From Minisyncoccia bacterium (lineage in GTDB: Bacteria > Patescibacteriota > Minisyncoccia > UBA6257 > 2-01-FULL-56-20), in contig JBEKRC010000004.1 of the NCBI GenBank assembly GCA_049997875.1, forward strand, positions 8,928 to 72,927: a DNA stretch of 64,000 nucleotides, written 5' to 3'. Below, piece after piece: positions 59,769-64,000 of this stretch (position 1 is its first letter; every line of letters starts with the position of its first letter). The notes beneath the pieces were generated by a model. The model ran no database searches. It saw only the letters and a list, made by a program, of their open reading frames with translations, and was not told the origin of the DNA. A program made the position numbers and the translations under genes.

Positions 59769-60167
59769 TCACTTTTTTGCGAGCATTTCCCGCACCCTTG
59801 CCACAATCACATTCAGGTCCGCGGTCTTATCAATGTAATCCTCCATGCCCAATCCCTTCGCGAGCCTATCGCGGTCGCCCTGGGTCGCGGGCCATGGATC
59901 TTTCAGGTTGCTCAGAAACGCGATTTTTATGTCTTTTGTCTCCGGATTCTGTTTGATCGCAAGCGCCGCATCGGTACCGGTCTCCCCGCCGGGCATGCGG
60001 ACGTCCATAAGAACAAGGTCGGGGTGCAATTTCGCCGCGGCATCAACTCCCTCTTTGGCATTGTAGGCCACCACGGGATCAAAGCCGGATGCCCCAAGCT
60101 TCACGGACATAATTTCCAGAAGTTCGTGCTCGTCGTCAACAATGAGGACAAGCGGTTTTTCCCTCAT
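59769..60167 (-). CDS. Stand-alone response regulator receiver
   Basis: LIVDDE, LVLMDVRMP, FLSN, YIDK; no output domain. Confidence 0.92.
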   Translation of the reverse strand: MREKPLVLIVDDEHELLEIMSVKLGASGFDPVVAYNAKEGVDAAAKLHPDLVLMDVRMPGGETGTDAALAIKQNPETKDIKIAFLSNLKDPWPATQGDRDRLAKGLGMEDYIDKTADLNVIVARVREMLAKK

Positions 60168-60553
60168 GAAAGCAGTGCCGTTATCTTTTCCGCAAGCACG
60201 TCAAGGTCGTCGGTCTTTTTGAGGTACCCCTGCGCGCCGAATTCTTCGGAGAATTTCCTGTTGATGTCCTGCATGTCCAAGCGCGGGTCGCCCAGGCTCG
60301 TAAGAAATGCCACCTTGATGTCTTTCAATGCCGGGTCTTCCTTCATTTTGAGCACCGCCGTCGCGCCGTCCATCACCGGCATCTTGACATCCATAAGGAC
60401 AAGGTCGGGCTTTGCTTTCGCCATCTTAAGGAGCGCCGCTTGTCCGTCCTCCGCGGTATCCACGCGATAGCCCATCGCCAAAAGTTTGGTTTGGAAAATC
60501 TCGCGGAAATCCGGCTCGTCGTCAACAATCAGTATGAATGGTTGCCCTGCCAT
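60164..60553 (-). CDS. Stand-alone response regulator receiver
   Basis: LIVDDE, LVLMDVKMP, FLTS, YLKK; no output domain. Confidence 0.92.
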   Translation of the reverse strand: MAGQPFILIVDDEPDFREIFQTKLLAMGYRVDTAEDGQAALLKMAKAKPDLVLMDVKMPVMDGATAVLKMKEDPALKDIKVAFLTSLGDPRLDMQDINRKFSEEFGAQGYLKKTDDLDVLAEKITALLS

Positions 60554-60583
60554 TGATGTACTATTATTATATCATACGAAGCG

Positions 60584-61318
60584 ATGACAACGGATAAAAT
60601 AATTCTTGAAATACGGGCTGGCGCGGGCGGTGACGAAGCCGCCATTTTCGCGGGCGATCTCGCGCGCATGTACCAGCGCTACGCGATGAGGCGCAGGTGG
60701 GTGTTTTCCGTACTTGATTCCAGTGCGACCTCGCTCCAAGGATTCAAATCGCTCGTGGCCGAAGTGCAAGGCGCGGGATGCTACGAGGCGCTTCGGAACG
60801 AATCCGGCGTGCACCGCGTGCAGCGAATCCCGGCAACGGAAAAATCGGGGCGCGTGCACACCTCCACTGCCTCGGTGGCCGTGTTACCAATCGTGGAAGC
60901 GCGCGAGGTAAGCATCGCACCTGGCGACATTGAGGCGACATTCTCTCGCGCCGGCGGTCCGGGAGGGCAGAACGTGAACAAGGTAGAAACGGCCGTACGG
61001 ATCCTCCATAAACCGACCGGCATTGTCGTTTCCTCGCGCGAGGAACGCTCCCAGCACGCGAACCGCGAAAAAGCGATGGATGTCCTCCGCGCGAAACTGT
61101 ACGAAATGGAACAGCGCAAGGCAGTGGGATCCGTGACTGACCTCCGCCGCGAACAGGTCGGCAGCGCCGACCGCTCGGAAAAGATCCGCACCTACAATTT
61201 TCCCGATGACCGCATCACCGACCATCGCATTGGGAAAAAATGGCACAATATTGAAAAGATCATGGACGGCGACATGGACCCGATCGTGAAGGCGTTCACA
61301 AAAAATACCACGAATTAA
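60584..61318 (+). CDS. prfA: Peptide chain release factor 1, N-terminally truncated (244 aa)
   Basis: [19 protein letters not shown] (PxT motif), [14 protein letters not shown]. Confidence 0.9.
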   Translation: MTTDKIILEIRAGAGGDEAAIFAGDLARMYQRYAMRRRWVFSVLDSSATSLQGFKSLVAEVQGAGCYEALRNESGVHRVQRIPATEKSGRVHTSTASVAVLPIVEAREVSIAPGDIEATFSRAGGPGGQNVNKVETAVRILHKPTGIVVSSREERSQHANREKAMDVLRAKLYEMEQRKAVGSVTDLRREQVGSADRSEKIRTYNFPDDRITDHRIGKKWHNIEKIMDGDMDPIVKAFTKNTTN

Positions 61319-61336
61319 AAATTCATTAAAAATAAT

Positions 61337-61364
61337 TTGACAAGGCGTGTTGCAAAGCTATACT
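61337..61364 (+). promoter_or_regulatory. Near-consensus sigma70 promoter with no downstream + strand gene
   Basis: AT-rich UP region, TTGACA-16nt-TATACT. Confidence 0.75.
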
Positions 61365-61370
61365 GAATAA

Positions 61371-61480
61371 AATCCATTATCTCATGGGGCAGAAAGCCAG
61401 AAAGACGGCTTTGCTGCGGGGTGGGATTTCTCAATGGAATCCCATTACGATGGAGGAATCGCGCCGCCCTCCCTGCTCCA
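61371..61480 (+). ncRNA. Candidate small structured RNA, antisense to the 3' end of the BECR-like gene
   Basis: Hairpins GCAG-AAAGCC/GGCTTT-GCTGC and TGGGATTTC/GGAATCCCA directly downstream of the promoter. Confidence 0.4.
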
Positions 61481-61906
61481 TATGATAGTGGACTTTTTGA
61501 TATATGAGGGTCTGGTAGGAAAAAATGTGACGCAGAAGGGAACTTCTCCATAGTCCTTTACGCAAATCTCAAGCGGGCACGCCAAAAATTTCCTTTCGCG
61601 GAACTTTCTGAAAAATATAAAATCGCCCCGGTCGCCGAATCTCGGCAATGAAATATAATCGGGTTTTTGAAAAACTGCAGAAAGGTCACTGAGATAATTT
61701 ATTGTGAACTCCGGTCGCTGATCATACGCGTGTTTCAAGCTCCAGGTTGAAGTGTATACATTTGGCGAGGAGAATTTACTGTGCAAGCGGAGAAAACTGT
61801 ATACCTCCATTGGAATACGACTGATCAGTACGTCGTATAAAGCTATGGGAGCTTTCGGCGGGGTACCCAAAATCTGCTCCGCGAAAATACGTTTATATTT
61901 CTCCAT
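61445..61906 (-). CDS. Hypothetical protein, PBECR/RelE-like nuclease fold candidate
   Basis: SLKHAYDQRPE...VFQKPDYI...FIFFRK...VTFF..YIKK..IW pattern; AT-rich. Confidence 0.55.
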   Translation of the reverse strand: MEKYKRIFAEQILGTPPKAPIALYDVLISRIPMEVYSFLRLHSKFSSPNVYTSTWSLKHAYDQRPEFTINYLSDLSAVFQKPDYISLPRFGDRGDFIFFRKFRERKFLACPLEICVKDYGEVPFCVTFFPTRPSYIKKSTIIWSREGGAIPPS

Positions 61907-61933
61907 GAGCTACCCCATGGTAGCTCAACAAGA

Positions 61934-62443
61934 TTAAAAAAATCTTAAATTATCTTCCCTAATCTCGTACCTCGCAATCGTTTTCCCGTCGTCGCTAAAA
62001 TAGAATTTTCCCGCAATCAATTTCCCTTGCAATACCTCGGGCAGCCAAAGCCGGTCGTCCGGCCACATGGCATCAAACGGGATCTCGCTGAACTTGAACC
62101 ACTGCGGCCGCATTTCCTCAGACTCGGTCGGTTCGCCCACCCATCGCTTCACAAAAAAGATGTGTACGCGCTGGTTCCAGTCAGGTTTATGTTCAAAAAA
62201 GAAATCCAGAACGGCGTACTTTTTGAGGTCGCCCATAGAAATCTTTAGGCCAATTTCTTCTTCCAATTCCCGTACCGCAGCAGCTTCAATGGACTCCCCT
62301 TCCTTCGGTTTTCCGCCAATGCCATTCCAACGGCCAGCGCCGAACCCGCGCTTTTTCATGCCGAGAAGTATGGAAACCTCCGTAAGCGGCAGGCAAAGGG
62401 TCGTGTCCAGCATATCTCGGGACGTAAAATGTTCCACGCTCAC
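61934..62443 (-). CDS. NUDIX 8-oxo-dGTPase (MTH1-like)
   Basis: KKRGFGAGRWNGIGGK..GE...RELEEEIG, ESEEMRPQWF, MWPDD. Confidence 0.92.
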   Translation of the reverse strand: MSVEHFTSRDMLDTTLCLPLTEVSILLGMKKRGFGAGRWNGIGGKPKEGESIEAAAVRELEEEIGLKISMGDLKKYAVLDFFFEHKPDWNQRVHIFFVKRWVGEPTESEEMRPQWFKFSEIPFDAMWPDDRLWLPEVLQGKLIAGKFYFSDDGKTIARYEIREDNLRFF

Positions 62444-63510
62444 ACAAGGATCTTCGCGGTCTGTTTAATGAGCGACAACGCCACCGGCGCGGGCAACAAA
62501 CTATACGAGGGCACACCGTCAGCATCAACGATCCAAGGAGTTTCAATGATCTTGATCTTCTTCGTTTTTTCGTCTCTCTCGTACCCGTACACGGGCGTGA
62601 CCTCATAGTCGTCCACAAAATTGGCCGCCTTATCCACCGGCACCGAGTTTCTTAACAACACTTTGGGAACCCCGGTGAGCGTGAAGAGCTGCCGGAATAT
62701 TTTCTCGTCGGCCGTGAGGCGGGCGCGGATCGGTTCAATCCCGAGTTCATCGCCCTCCTTCGGCAACATCCGCGCTCCGTGGCACGACGGAGTATCGCAC
62801 ATCAGATAAAACACCTTTTTTTCTTCGTCGTAGCCGATCTCTTTCGTGGGAGCCAATTTCGTATTGCGGGGAACCTTGCAGATGGGGCACACCACGCGCG
62901 TTTTGATACGCTCGTCAATGACGGCGTTCGGAACGTCAATAAACACAAAGAAGTCCGGCTCGCCATGATACCCCAAAAGTTCCCTCAAAAAAATTGAATA
63001 ATGGATTTGATCAAGCCCGCGCGGGAACCCGTCAATGAAGATCGCCTGCCGTGGACGCTTGCTCACCTCGTATTTCAAAAGAGCGATGATAAGCTCGGTG
63101 GATACGAGCGTGGACTGGCTCCGTCCTTCAATCAAGCCGTCTATTTCCTTCAATGAGTGGAAACCGCGATAATGTTTCTCCAAGAACATAGAAAGTTCTT
63201 TTTTCTTTTTGGGATCCGAAAGTCCCGCGTGCACGTCGCGGACGATATCCCCCACCGCCACGTGGCCGACATGGGTGCTGCCCACTGCTTCCATAAAAAG
63301 CTTGGAGTAAGTCCCTTTCCCGGAATTCTTTTTTCCCAAAAGATATGCCACGAACGCTTTCCCGCTTTCAAGATATTTCCTTATCGCCGCAATTTCCTTT
63401 CCCGCTTTCAGCGAAAAATACTCTCGGCGATCGTCCAAGTCGTTCAAGTTGAATTTTTTGGTGACGTCCTGAACTTTGGTTTTGAAAACGGGGAATTCCA
63501 GATCTTTCAT
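62440..63510 (-). CDS. Adenylate-kinase-like nucleoside monophosphate kinase, extended
   Basis: P-loop GKKNSGKGT, GDIVR, IDGFPR, LID with CPIC...CDTPSC. Confidence 0.8.
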   Translation of the reverse strand: MKDLEFPVFKTKVQDVTKKFNLNDLDDRREYFSLKAGKEIAAIRKYLESGKAFVAYLLGKKNSGKGTYSKLFMEAVGSTHVGHVAVGDIVRDVHAGLSDPKKKKELSMFLEKHYRGFHSLKEIDGLIEGRSQSTLVSTELIIALLKYEVSKRPRQAIFIDGFPRGLDQIHYSIFLRELLGYHGEPDFFVFIDVPNAVIDERIKTRVVCPICKVPRNTKLAPTKEIGYDEEKKVFYLMCDTPSCHGARMLPKEGDELGIEPIRARLTADEKIFRQLFTLTGVPKVLLRNSVPVDKAANFVDDYEVTPVYGYERDEKTKKIKIIETPWIVDADGVPSYSLLPAPVALSLIKQTAKILV

Positions 63511-64000
63511 TTCTTTTTCTTAATTTCCAATCCTAGCTCGTCCAATTGCTTCTTGTCCACCGCGGACGGCGCGGTCACGACGGCGGTCTGTCCGCCGGAA
63601 CTCGCGGGGAAGGCGATCACCTCGCGGATGCTCCTTTCCCCAAGCGCGGCGTAGAGGAATCGGTCCAGTCCCGGCGCGATGCCGCCGTGCGGAGGCACTC
63701 CGTATGTGAACGCGTTCAAGAAATAATCAAACTGTTCCTTTTGCCCGCGGCTGAACCCAATCAGGTCAAACACTTTCTCCTGAATTTCCCTCTGATGGAT
63801 ACGAATGCTGCCGCCGCCTACTTCAAAACCGTTCAGTACCATATCATGCTGCAAGCCGCGGACTTTCGTCGGATCGGTATCCAAAAGCGAAATATCGTCC
63901 GGGTGCGGCGCGGTGAACATATGGTGGGACGGCGCGAATTTCGCGCTGCCGGAGCCGTGGAAAAAATCCTCTTTGGTCTGTTCCGTGAAAAGCGGGAAGT
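63507..64000 (-). CDS. aspS: Aspartate--tRNA ligase, 3' part (runs off window)
   Basis: HHMFTAP, DMVLNGFEVGGGSIRIH, YGVPPHGGIAPGLDR, IREVIAFP. Confidence 0.95.
   Translation of the reverse strand, partial: FPLFTEQTKEDFFHGSGSAKFAPSHHMFTAPHPDDISLLDTDPTKVRGLQHDMVLNGFEVGGGSIRIHQREIQEKVFDLIGFSRGQKEQFDYFLNAFTYGVPPHGGIAPGLDRFLYAALGERSIREVIAFPASSGGQTAVVTAPSAVDKKQLDELGLEIKKKK

Overview
This is a gene-dense chromosomal window, most consistent with a Patescibacteria/CPR (Parcubacteria-like) bacterium using genetic code 11 (TGA is a stop). The taxonomic call is an inference from shortened core proteins, tRNAs without encoded CCA and CPR-type hypothetical proteins. Core content: efp (partial), khpA, rpsP, smc, rnc, nusB, rpmF, rnhB, a CIRCE-controlled hrcA-grpE-dnaK-dnaJ locus, corA-like, cysS, dnaB, recR, ychF, pgi/pmi, ddl and murF-like, a zwf-gnd fusion, an F1Fo ATP synthase operon, ftsEX, frameshifted prfB, rpmE, a truncated prfA, adk-like and aspS (partial), plus tRNA-Ala(CGC), tRNA-Lys(TTT) and tRNA-Thr(CGT). 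No CRISPR array, rRNA or transposase is seen. Best candidates for novel biology: (1) a ThiF adenylyltransferase + FeeM/LuxI-like N-acyltransferase + 7TM-GAF histidine kinase cluster, a putative signal synthesis and sensing module beside radC and PilGHI-like genes; (2) a promoter-bearing tRNA-like gene with an Ala acceptor stem (G3:U70), a Pro anticodon and non-canonical D/T loops; (3) two unannotated micro-ORFs separated by a switch-like RNA; (4) a BECR-like nuclease gene facing a strong orphan promoter; (5) an HTH-LAGLIDADG gene starting 1 nt after tRNA-Lys; (6) pervasive leaderless gene architecture. All family assignments come from motif recognition by eye; no searches were run.
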